64,000 bases of DNA from Anthoceros angustus (lineage: Eukaryota > Plantae > Anthocerotophyta), in the NCBI GenBank assembly GCA_010909165.1, contig MU008177.1, forward strand, positions 124,001 to 188,000, in the 5' to 3' direction. Positions 23,410 through 34,848 of the stretch are shown piece after piece (position 1 is the first letter of the stretch; each line of letters opens with the position of its first letter). Below the pieces are notes generated by a model. The model saw nothing but the letters and a program-made list of their open reading frames with translations. It ran no database searches and had not been told where the DNA came from. Both the position numbers and the translations under genes were made by a program.

Positions 23410-24790
23410 GGGACTAACACTCCACCAAGCCTTGACAGAGCTGGCTGGCTAAAGCATCTCACAAGCATCCCTGCATGCCACCATCCTCCTCCATCCCACC
23501 AGCCCGCGGATTCCCCCCCTCCAGGCTAAATCACATGCCCTTCTCCGCTGCCCACAACAGTGGCAACTGCACCAGTTCCTCGCAGCCCCGACGCTGAGCA
23601 GCCCAGCTCTGGGTACGGCGCAACAGTGCAGTCAAACTGAGGCCGCTGCATCTGCATCTGCAATCCGCATGCCCCACGACGGCACGCAGCCGTCTCCCCC
23701 GTCCTGCTGACACAAAAGAAGCTTCTGCTCCTCCCCCGACCCCCACGTTATAGATTCCCCACAACACCCTCCGGCTACATCCATTGCTCTCTCTGCCCAG
23801 GCTCCAGGCGGGGCCCTGCTCTGCTCCAGACTGCTCCTATCCCCGAGACACGTACATTCCATCCCCAGATTACGTACATACAACATACAGTACAAGGAAA
23901 CACCAATTCTACGTACACAAATTTGTCGGGATGCGGACAGGCCCTGGCCCGGCCTCCCGCACAGCCTTCGGGGCTCATCCGACCAAAAAGGGGCGGGCAT
24001 CGCGAGAAAGGCCAGCATTGGATCTCGGAATGTTGGTGCCGCGGCCCCGGCCGGGAAGGAACCGGCACCCATCGAAACCTCGGGTCAGGTCAACCCGGGT
24101 CGCGGGTCAAGGGTTAGCAGCCGGCGCCGGTTTGGCTACCGAATATATTTGCCGTCCAGGGTGTCCGTATGTTTGCCGCCAAGATACGCGGGGTCAACCT
24201 CAAACGCTGATTTCCGCGTGTGAAAAGCACCCCGGGCTGAGATGCTCGCGCACCTCAAAAGGTTGCGGCTTGTCGGTTGCGAAAAGTGGAGGTGGAACCA
24301 ACCGCATCCTAGGCGACGTGGGACCAATCGCGTTGCAGAACAGTGTCCAGCTACATGTACATTCACACCTGCTGTTTTCCTCGGCTTTGTCGGTTGCGAA
24401 AAGTGCAGGTGGAGCCGCATCCTAGCCCACGTGGTACCAACCGCATACGAGCATGGCATAGTAATAGAGTTAAGATGCGCATCTTAATGCTGAATGGCGA
24501 TTTGCTTATAGAATATCATTTCCTAATGGTTTTGATTGATATGCTACGCCCGTCCATGCTTCGCCCATCTATTACGCTAGGTTTCCATGTAGCCCGGACC
24601 CTGAGCTTTTTTTCCGGGGATTTTTTTCCTGGTTACATGTGAACGATACCGGAACTCATGACCGACAGTTGTCAAGTGCCTGAAACGGGTCATCACCGGT
24701 TCAGTACAACGGGCTGGCCTTGGGCTGTTCGCGATCGAACTCAAGTGTCGCTATGGACTTTGACAAAGCTCGGCAAGTTTCATGCTCAAA

Positions 24791-24890
24791 AAGCAGCTAC
24801 GTTTTAGGTTGAAGCAAGCAGCTACGTTTTAGGTTGAAGCAAGCAGCTACGTTTTAGGTTGAAGCAAGCAGCTACGTTTTAGGTTGAAGC
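24791..24890. repeat. Perfect 25-bp tandem repeat x4 (AAGCAGCTACGTTTTAGGTTGAAGC)
   Basis: Four exact copies at 24791, 24816, 24841 and 24866. Confidence 0.97.
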
Positions 24891-24907
24891 TCAGGGATTG
24901 ACAATCT

Positions 24908-26265
24908 ATGGCCAATGTGGAGCAAATGGTCGTCTACGGCGTAGCCCTTGCTACACTAAATGTAGTACGAGACTTGTTTTATTTACTGAATTACTTTGAG
25001 GGGAGTAGTGATGCTGCCATCACCGATTGCGGGCTATCTTTAAGATCTGTGAGCATGGATGACCAGCGACTTCTAGATGATGCGCTTGATAACATTGTTC
25101 TTCCATGTCAACAATTGGAGGCTGCTCTTGCAATTGCAGCCCGCACAAGACAATTACCAAGGGAACAGGCATTCAATTATCAACGTACTATGTGAAATCC
25201 CGAGTACAGGACATGTGGACTTTATACCTTCAAGTGGCACAAGAGGATCCAAAAAGGTTTGCCCGTTTCTATCGATTCCCATGGGCAAACTTTACGTACA
25301 TCTGCAATCTAGTTCATGACGTTCTTGACCCGACTCCAGTTCCTGGATTTGTGAACATCCCCGGGAGGATTATCTCTGTGCAGAAACAGGTTGCCATTGC
25401 CATAAGGAGACTGGCCACAGGTGATAGCTTTGTCTCTTTAGGTGAAAGCTTCGGAGTGGGACCAATCGCCGCATAATTACTCACCGTTTTGTCAAAGCAA
25501 TCATACAGAAGGCGAGGCATCACCTTGCCTGGCCATCAGCAGGTCAATTGGAGGAAGTGAAGGCAGGATTCTTTGAACGACATGGCTTCATGAACTATTA
25601 TGGTGCCATCGATGTGACCCATTTCCGGCTGGAACTACCTGTAGGAGAAAACCAATGGGAGTGTCGAGGAAGATACAAAGATTTCACAGTCGCAATGCAG
25701 GGTATCGTAGGCCCTAATAAGAAGTTCTTAGATGTAGTAACAGGCTGGCCAGGAGCTACAAATGATACGAGAATTCTATACAACTCAGAGTTTTATCACC
25801 AAGTCAATGCAGGTGCACGGCTGAATGGACCATCCATATTCGTGGATAACGAGGAAGTGCGAGAGTATGTCATCGGAGATGCTGGCTACCCTTTGCTTCC
25901 ATGGTTGATCATCCCCTTTCCTGGTTGAGGTTTGATGGCAGACAAAGAGTCTTTTAACTTCAAGCTATCCTCTTCTCGTATGGTCGTTGAGGACGCTTTC
26001 GGAGAAAAAGGTTTGGCGGATACTAGGTAGGAAAGTGTGGCGAGGCAACATCAACTACTTCAATGCGTTGACTTATGCGTGTGTGTTACTGCACAACATT
26101 CGGATAGATCGTGGTGATGAGATAGATCCAAGACTGTTAGCAGGCGAGGAGGACGATGAAGAAGATGGCATGCATCGAAACTTCATAGCAACTGGCCCCG
26201 GTAGTGCCGAAGGTCACGGGTTGAGAGACATCTTGATCACGAGCAGAGATGAACTCATGAACTAG
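24908..26265 (+). mobile_element. PIF/Harbinger DDE transposase (HARBI1/DDE_Tnp_4), disrupted
   Basis: RFARFYRF...QVAIAIRRLATGDSF..LGESFGV; YGAIDVTH; AMQGIV...FLDVVTGWPGATND.RIL.NS; YVIGDAGYPLLPWLIIPF; FNFKLSSSRMVVEDAFG; ACVLLHN. Several frameshifts and an in-frame stop at 25926-25928. Confidence 0.9.
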
Positions 26266-26319
26266 AAACCATACGTTCAATCCTTTGTTGTTGAGAAATA
26301 AATGTTGTGTAGGTTCTAC

Positions 26320-27494
26320 CTACCCTTTCTTGATATGGGCAGCCTCTATGATAGCTGAACTAAGACTTCGGATCCCAAGAGATATGTCGGTCATTGCCTG
26401 GACCACTCCACGCCCAAATTCAAAGTTAGCTTGCAATCTTTTCTCCTCGGTACACTCATACACCTCAAGTTTCCTTTGCTCCATTGCTGTAATGGATGCT
26501 ATCTTGTCACGCTCTAAGTCTAAGAGTTCCTTATGCCGTTGTTTCCGATACTCCTCAGCTTCCCTCATGGCTTCCAGTTTTGCAGCATGATTCTCCTTCA
26601 TCATGGGCACCAATCCAGTGATGGTGGAGTCCTTCGATGTTTTCCTCTTTTTACCTTTCCAGGTTGAGGCATGTTCTTGCTCCTCGTCGTCTCCAAATAG
26701 TTCTGCCTGCACTTGGGGGTCCAGCTCAGGGCAACACTCAGAATCTACTTGTCTGATATTACCCGAGCTCCCAGTACCACTGTTTAGTTTAGTGCTATCA
26801 AAAGTCCCATGGGCATTGATTGCCTTGTTGCAGCAGAACACATACATGGCTTCATACACGGTCCGGAGGAAGGCTTTGGGCAGCTTTTGAGCAATTCTCT
26901 CAGCCTTCTCCATATTCCAATAGCTCGTCACGAATTGTGACCAGGTCGCTCCCAATCTTGGACTTTATTGAAGTCCGTCATGAGAGCTTCCCAGCGATCA
27001 CGGCATTGCTTCGCCGTCCTGTAAACTTTATGGCTTGCACATGAAGTTGAAATTACCACCCATCTTGTGTTGGCAGGAGTCATCTTTTCTTTCCCGTCCC
27101 TGTGCTTCATAACATCCTCCTTCCGTACAGAAACCAATACGATCAATTCAGATTCGTCCCGCCTTTTCCCCATGTTATCTTCGTCAATGAGTGATGAATC
27201 ACCTTGATTTAAAGCTTGAACCCTAGACCTTTTCTTGCCCTCGGCACGATTGGGATTCACAGACGGGTTCTGAGGACCTTGGCTTTCCAGCTCAGTCTGA
27301 AATTGTGGCCTCCAAGCTGCGGAATAGCTAGGACCTTGTAAGTGTACTGCTACATTATCCCCAGTGTGGGTTTGGAGGAGCAAAGGGCCTCCTCCCTTGC
27401 TTATGCTCAAACCTGGAGCTACACCATAAGACAAATGTTGAGATTGATACACGTTTCTGTTAGCAATGTCTTCACAATTTGTAGCATGCTTCAC
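26320..27494 (-). mobile_element. Myb/SANT (trihelix) DNA-binding ORF of the same PIF/Harbinger element, frameshifted
   Basis: ELIVLV.VRK...RWVVIS..C...RTAKQCRDRWEALMTDFNKVQDWE then SYWNM..ER..QKLPKAF in another frame (shift at ~26930). Tail-to-tail with the transposase, as typical for Harbinger elements. Confidence 0.85.
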
Positions 27495-27845
27495 ACTTGA
27501 TACCTACCGGTATGCTTGGCACATTGAATCCAAATGAGGTCTTGGTCAAGTCGATAGCGAACAAAAGAGTCCATCTATACAATGCGGTAGCCTGTCCTCA
27601 ACGCTAGAACGATTCATGTAAAGAGGGCAACTTGCAGCGGTCATGGAAATGGCAAAATAACGGGCGATTCCTGCTCCCATATGACATCCAACCCGGATTG
27701 TATATAATGCCGTTCCGTTATTTCAGACGGCACCAACCAGCATGGCGGGTACTCTGGTCGGAGAAATCCAAGTGTACCTAAAAATAAACCCGGCCAAAAC
27801 CTCCGACTTGGAGTGCTCAACCCGGCCGTAAACCATTAATGTTCA

Positions 27846-28165
27846 TTGTCTTTTGTACAACGTGGCTGGAAATCCTCCGGACGAGTTACATGGGAACCTA
27901 GCATTAGAGAGCCTCTTCAACACCAACATGCAGTTGTCATGGTCATCCATTATCTTGCTAGAGAGTTGTCGCCTCATATTGTTGTAGATATATATGGGGT
28001 AGGAGCTTCGACTCTGGTTCAATACACTATTATAATTTCAGAGATACTAAGCAATCATGAAAAATTATTTCCCAGCAGATTGGTTCATTGGATAGGGATG
28101 TAATTACAGCAAACAATATTGAAGTTCAAGCAACTCACGGGTCTTCCCAATATAGTTGGAGCTAA
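27846..28165 (+). mobile_element. Second Harbinger transposase fragment
   Basis: AVVMVIHYLA...IYGVGAST...I.EIL followed, after a stop, by LKFKQLTGLPNIVGA (GAID region), then truncated. Confidence 0.6.
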
Positions 28166-28234
28166 AGATAGTCCATCAAAAACGAAACCCTTCAAAAACG
28201 AAACGCTAGGGCGCATTTAACAAAAGTTGTGCCA

Positions 28235-28851
28235 GGCTAGGCCTAAATATCGGTTCGCCAGGGTACGGCCTGGCGAACCCACATGCCATGCCATGAGCAT
28301 GGCCTTCCTCTCCCTACTCCTCTCTCTCTTATCTATGCAAACCCGTGACCGAGCCACCGAGAGCAACGGGAAACTAATTCAAGTTCCGCCGCCACGATTG
28401 TCGTGGCACCCCGCTGGCGACATCGCCTTGCTCGCCGTTCGTTTCAGTTGAGAACGAGAGCGGAAAGAGCGCTCTGCTCAAGCAGGGCATGCGGTAAGAG
28501 TTGAAAGACCGAAGGCTGGGGAGGATGCACGTATACTGATCGTGTTCAAGTGATGGATGAGGTTATAGCGCATTGTCCTTTTGCAGTTCAAAGGCCTGAT
28601 GGAGGGAAATTTTTTTTCAATGACACTGCGTGACGAGTTCGACTTTGTATCGTGCCAGAGTATAGCCGCAGTATTTAGGACGACGGGAACTTGAATTAGT
28701 TCTCCTTGCCCCCCGTGCCTTGCCCCCGTGGCCCGGTCGCGGGTTGGCACGGATACGAGAGAGAGGGGCAGGGGAGAGGAAGGCCATGCTCATGGCATGG
28801 CATGTCGGTTCGCCAAGCCGTACCCTGGCGAACCGATATTTAGGCCTAGCC
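28235..28851. mobile_element. Non-autonomous Mutator-like (MULE) element with ~150-bp TIRs and a 9-bp TSD
   Basis: TIR GGCTAGGCCTAAATATCGGTTCGCCAGGGTACGGC... at 28235 and its reverse complement ending at 28851; GTTGTGCCA duplicated at 28226-28234 and 28852-28860. Confidence 0.92.
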
Positions 28852-28881
28852 GTTGTGCCACACAGTTGCAACACGTTTCGT

Positions 28882-31800
28882 TCAGATAAAGTCGTGGACA
28901 ACTTGGGCGAGGTCTAGGACAACTTCCGTGATCAAGTCACCAGTTGAGACAGTTTGATTGTCTACTTGTAGACCATGAGGTGGAGAGTCATCTGGACCGA
29001 CCGATTTTAAATCTGCTTGGGATGCGCTGATCCATTTTTGCAAGATAGCATTCACCTGGTCAGGAACTTCATCATGGGGGCAGTGACCTGGGAGGGTGAC
29101 AAAGTTGGGGTGAGATAGTTCACTTGCATCCCATGGAAGCAAATGGTGAGAGCGAGACGATGATAAATACCTGCATCCAGGATTTTGACAGTGACGTTCT
29201 TGCAATGGGCTTTGAGTAGGCTGGCCCTGAGTGGGGAGTCACTGAGGGGATCCTTCGCTCCCTGAAGGATCCGAGCAGGTTATGCGTTGTGTTGCTTTGA
29301 GACACACACCAAGGATTAGGGTTTTTAAAAGGCACCTGTATGACCAGAACCTTGCCGCTGAAGCGATCCAAGAAGAAGTTGACAGGCAGCGGTGGCTGCA
29401 GGAAGAAAATGCTCTCCAGGACAGTGATTGCTCCCGGGTCGTAAGACTGGTCCTGTTGTTAAGTCCTCCCTCCGTGAACATCTGGTGTGGAAGTTTAAGA
29501 ACATCGTACAGAGGTAAAGGATACAGCCCGTGTCACTTCCTGAGCTAGCCAGCCATCTGCCCTTGCCGTGTTCTGGTTCACGTAACCAAGAGTGATGAAC
29601 TGATCAGCGGATTTCTTAGACGGCCATGGGAGAACATACAGATTATAACATGCATACCACAGGGTAACATCTTCGCAACAGCTTGTTGGAAGAGTTCCGG
29701 AGATAAAACATCAGCAACCGAGCGCCGGCCCATGCTAGCTGTGACTTGCTCCGTGGCTGCAGTGAAGGGGAAAATGTGTTAGCAATGCCTCCTGGAAAAA
29801 TGATTTCGTGCCTGTATGAACGTATACTCTAGCATCCGCTTGATGAGAACTTCACCTTTCGGTACTTAACGCCTTGATAATTGGGAATCACTTTGCCCGC
29901 AGGACTTATCAGCACCAGGGACTTGACAAGCTGCGGCCACAGTCCAGCAACTACGCTGACGGTGTATCCTGCACACAAGGAACTAACTCGAAACTATTTC
30001 AGAAACCATTCCGTGCATCGTAAGGTAATGAATGCATTCACAAGCTGTCGTCTCTACCTCCGATGGAGTTGCCAGCCAAGACAACTGGCTCGCCCACCAC
30101 CTCTGCGATGAAGTCCCTCACAAGCTCAGACCAGAAGAGCTCGGTGTACTTCACATTGGGCTTTTCTGATCTCCCAAAGCCGAGCAGTGTCAGAGCCCAG
30201 ACTCGGTTGCCCTTGTTTGCAACCTCTTGGACATTATTACGGTAATGCTCCCAAAAGGCCCCAAAACCATGCAGGAGAACAACTGCAGGCCCCTCCTTGC
30301 CAGCATGCGTGTACTGCACAGCCACGGTAAAGGTGAGGGATATGCCCTAGGGCAATAATTGACAGTGGGGACATGACCTCGTGCATTGGTCTTGCACAGA
30401 AGTCTCTCAGATCGAACACTTGAAGGAATGTGAGTACCTGCACCAGAAAGTTCCGCCACTTCCAAGTTTTGGCGGCCAGGCCTCTTGCATGTCCCTCGGC
30501 TTGGCTGTTCTTAGCAAGACGTTGGTACCACTAGAAGATACAAATGCATAGCATAGTATTAGCCATCCCTTGTTTACCACTCATGCACAGACTTGCCTAG
30601 CCATGTTCTGCAACCGGTGCTGTTGTCTCAGAGCTGCAGAAAGCATGAACTGAACCGATGAAAGCCCTCCTAGCAACACCTCAATAGATTTGGCATCTGA
30701 AACTGCTGCAGCAACTGTGAAAGTCGAGAATCCGAAAGGAGATAGCCTTCCCCCAAGCCGCTCTTTCTCATATTGAACAGCCTCGTGAAAGACTCTCCTT
30801 AATGAGAGTGTGCCAAGTCCCAGCGCAGAACCAAAAAGACTTCGAAAAGACGCTCCTGGTCTGGACTCCAGTGCCCATATACCCTCATACATCCTACACG
30901 GCAACCACGATCGCTGAGGAAGACAACCAAAGTCGGCTCCAAAGGAAATGCACGACTTGGGACATAGAAAGCCACGTGAACCCAGACAAGCGAGCAGCGG
31001 TATCGGGGTCATTTGAGCAGACCTTTGCCAGTCATCCCGTGCAGTTGGCTCCAAGAATCTGAGGTACCCATTGAGAGCATTCGCTGCTCCTGCAGCACCA
31101 CCAGTAATCACATATCCTTCAGTCCTGGTGGCAGTGTCGATTGACTGCTTTCTCTGTTCCAGTGCTGCGTAAGGGCTAGCCAATATATATTTCTCTCGCC
31201 ATTCAAGAAGGCTCCGAAAAGGCGAAGCCCCGGCCACTGGAGATGATCCATTTGACGGTCCGCCCTCAACCTTCAGAATGCTCTCCGGGGATCCAAGCTC
31301 AGGTGACCATGCTCCTTGCTGGGAGTTTGTCCTCGTGCAGCTATAAACTTCTTCCAAAGAAGGGAGTCTTCCTGAAAACGGCCAATCCAAGACTCTCACT
31401 GTTTCACGAAGTAAGAGAAGAGACAACAAAGACACGGTTTTTAGCACATGATCTCAGCTTTACCCTTGTCTACACCCTTAGGCAAAGGGGGCAAGGAAGT
31501 CGGAGGATCGATAGGACGACTTGGTTCGACCCGGGACTTCTCGAAATCCTTGAAGCTAACAGAAGTCACATCCCCATCCTGGACAATCAAGAATCCTGGA
31601 CATGAGAGCCCAAGGTATGGAAGTACTGATGTTGCAGCAACACCTGATAAAGCTGCTTCGACACACCAACTGACAGCAGACCTCGTACAGAGAGGCCGTC
31701 CATTGAGATACAGAAAGCTCGCCCCGCAGCTTCGTTGACAGGCCCCCCCGGACTCTCGACACAACTTCCTGCCATGTCTCCTCCACTTCCTCTTCAAAAA

Positions 31801-32493
31801 AGATGTCCCGAGCACCTGTCTGTTCACCATCTCCAATCATCCACCCCCCTTTCCTTCCGCTCACAGCAACCACAAGCCCAACGCAATGCACCATAATAAC
31901 CAACCTGCTGAGCCAGCTCTGCAATGGCATCCGCCGAGCTCCCAACCCGAATCACCAGGTCCGACCCCACAACCTGCAGAGCTCGCTGCAGATAAACAAC
32001 AGCGTCGTGCAGAGCCTCAAGCACAGAACCCGACCATCCTGCCAGGAGAGTGTGCACAACAAAATGAAGCCCGTGCCCTCCTGAACGCAATCACTGCACA
32101 TCTTCAGCTGAACCACTGACCAGCCAGAAGCAGAGGATCAAATATGTACACCGGCACAACAGCGTCATACTGAGCTGCCGCTGCCCGCAACCCGGGGTGG
32201 TCATCCGTCCTCAGGTCGTGCTTGAACCAGACTATACAGGCTCCCTCCTTCCTGACAGCTGCCACGCCCTCGCCCCCTGGTATAAATGCAGCTCCAGCTC
32301 CAGCCGATGCACACGCAGCCTGGAAGCGTCTCGGCGAGACGTGTGTGCCTCTCAGGCACACACTGCTCCATTGCCGCGCTCCTGGCTCTCCAAGGCCATG
32401 GTAAGAGCATCGACCAATGCGAAACGGCTGGGCACTGGCAGCCACAAGGATTCTTGGGGCAGCACACAGGACCGGGACCATCTGGCTCACCAT
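28882..32493 (-). CDS. DNA-photolyase N-terminal domain + alpha/beta-hydrolase fusion protein (At4g25290-like), multi-exon
   Basis: Transit-peptide-like N-terminus, WFKHDLRTDDHPGL..A...VVPVYIFD, then GPAVVLLHGFGAFWEHYR...TLLGFGRSEKP...GNSIGG and a C-terminal GHCPHDEVPDQVN. Confidence 0.88.
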
Positions 32494-32724
32494 CCTGGCC
32501 CGGTTGCTGGGCAGTAGCTACAGCACGTCCGGCATCCAAGCAAGCTGACAGAATTCACCCCGTGTCGGAACCTTCACCCAGAGGCCGGAAACTGGGCGTC
32601 GTCGGCGTAATCTGCCCTCTCTCTTTCAACCTTCCTCCACCCAACCAGGATTTCGGATTAGATTTGGTTCTGGAGATACTTCCATCCACATCCGAAGCGA
32701 CCGGATGCATTGGAGGCCGGGGCG

Positions 32725-34076
32725 ATGGCGGAGCTGAGGGCGGTGCTGCCGCATTCCAACCGCGGCCTGCACAGGGTGCAATGCGAGGTTCCTCTGGGGA
32801 CGCCCCAGCTGGTGTCGCTGCGGCGGCACCGGCAGCAGCAGCGGCGGGGCCTGGAGGTGCGGGCTGTGGCTGTGGCTGTAGCGCAGGTTCAGGACTTGCG
32901 CAAGCAGATTCTGGAGGAGGAGGTGGAGAGGAAGAACTTCCGCATCCGGGAGGTGGATACCACTGAGGCTGCGGACTGGCACGCGGGCACCGTGCTCAGG
33001 GTGGCTGAGGTGGTACCGGGCGTGCGGGCCGTGACGCTGGAGACGGAGTGTTCCCGGGAGGTCAGTGTCTGTTTGTGGGCTGTGATGGAAATCTGCATTG
33101 CTGCATTTGTATTGCAGCATTGGCTGATCCCAGGCTGGAAACGGCGGTGTCTGCAGCTGGTGAAGCGGGCCAACGCCTACATGAAGCCCGGGCAGCTGGC
33201 CCAGGTGAGGATCGGGGAGGAGGTCGTGACGGTGGCCTCGTCCAGCCCCCCGTTCCCCAAGGAGAACAACGAGCCCGTGCTGTACAAGGTCCGGGGGGAC
33301 ATTCCTGCCGGGACCACCAAGGTTCCGCAGTTCTCCATGTCTGTCCTCGCTCCTCTGGACCTCCATGTGCAGGAGACGACTGCTCGGGCCTTGTACAATG
33401 TGAAGGAAGGTGGGTAAGGTTGCTGGTTTGCGAAGTTGCTGATCAGAATCCCGTTGTTGCTCGCACTCAGTGACATGGTTTTGCGGGTGGGCTGGCAGGG
33501 GACGAAGTGCAGGTGGGGCCATTTCTGCCCACGGGGCTGGACCTCAGGCCGGTCATGTTCATCAACCGCTTCTCCACTCTGCTCATCTTCGCACAAGGGG
33601 ATGGGATTGCGGTGGCCCGAGCCATGATCGAAACCCAGGACGGGAATGTGGGCACCTTGAACTTGACCCTGCGGCAACAGACGAGGCTGTTCTACTCGGC
33701 TCCCCAGCCATCTCTGATTGCCTACAGGGTATGCTCGGACACTAGTCTATGCCTTTGAGTGGGTTATACCGCTTTCGTTTTCCTGCTGCCTGCGTAGTCC
33801 GGGGGATTCTGATGAACTGCTTGGCTTCAGGAGAAGTTCGACGAGTGGGAAGCCAGGAAAGTGGACATCCGCACCACAGTGGACACAGATGCCGGGGAAG
33901 CCTGGGACGGGTTTGTGGGCTCCTTGAGTACGTTGTGGGACGAGGATGACATCGAGTATGATCCCGAAACCACCGCTGCCCTGGTCTGCGCGGAGAAGGA
34001 TCAACGAGAAAGCATCAAGTCTCTTCTCACAGAGGCTGGCATCCCTAACCAGCAAGTTGCTTTCTGGGAAGCCTGA
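32725..34076 (+). CDS. Ferredoxin-reductase-type FAD/NAD(P)-binding oxidoreductase (pKIWI502-like), likely plastid-targeted
   Basis: Spliced pieces DWHAGTVLRVAEVVPGVRAVTLE, AYMKPGQLAQVR..EV..ASSSPP, ALYNVKEG|DEVQVGPF..GLDL, LLIFAQGDGIAVARAMIE, RLFY, EKFDEWEA...YDPETTAALVC. Confidence 0.75.
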
Positions 34077-34848
34077 ATCCGGGACAACCACCCTGCCCTT
34101 TCTTGTCTGACGCTCCTCGGAGGTGCGGATGAGATTGCTCTTTAGAGGCGCGCATTGTAGGTGCGGAGGGAACTAAGGAGAGTTATCTGATACACTTGCG
34201 GCCATGATAGGTTCCTAGACGAATGCTTCTCCCTGCACTTGCCCTTTTGGTCAGTCCAATTCAAAGCAACCACGTTACATGCACTGCACTGCCTGCACCG
34301 TTTTCTGTGGAGAAGTCCCGCTTCAGAATTGTCTCCCAGGAGGACGTCGGGGATGTTGTTCAAGGTGGTGGTGGCGGAAGAACCAGCCCCGGCATCATTA
34401 ACATCAGCACCCTCCTCAATGGCCAAGAGCTTCTGATTTCGAACACAGCGGGAAGGTAAAGCCACTGCAGATTTGTCAGGTTCTGCGTATATTATTTATA
34501 TCAAATGGTCTGAATTCCAAGGGGATAAGAGTAGACGAGTAGATACTGCTGCCGAGACTCAGGTTTTCCCAGGTTCTCAGGAATGGCTGTTATGGGTAAG
34601 CGATGCGTGGACATACATATACATATGTGGTGGATGATGCATCATGGCAGCTGGGTTCTCGAGGCTCGAGGGACGGAGGGACAGAGGGACACGGCTCAGC
34701 GTTTCGTCTGCCCGGTGTGACGTACTGTATTTCCATTTAATTCCTTCCACCTTCCTTATCGGGGCAGAAGCCTCGGAGAGTTGGTTCGGTCACCGGTGGT
34801 ATCTAGGTTTGGCCCCGCGTCGCTGGAGGGCGTGAGCACAGATCCGGC

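Noticed and set aside
13470-24890. CRISPR-like arrays (TTTACAA field; 25-bp x4 repeat)
   Set aside because: Eukaryotic context, no regular unique spacers and no cas genes.
24908-27494. Domesticated Harbinger pair (ALP1/ALP2 or HDP1/HDP2-like)
   Set aside because: Both ORFs carry frameshifts or stops and are arranged as in a mobile element.
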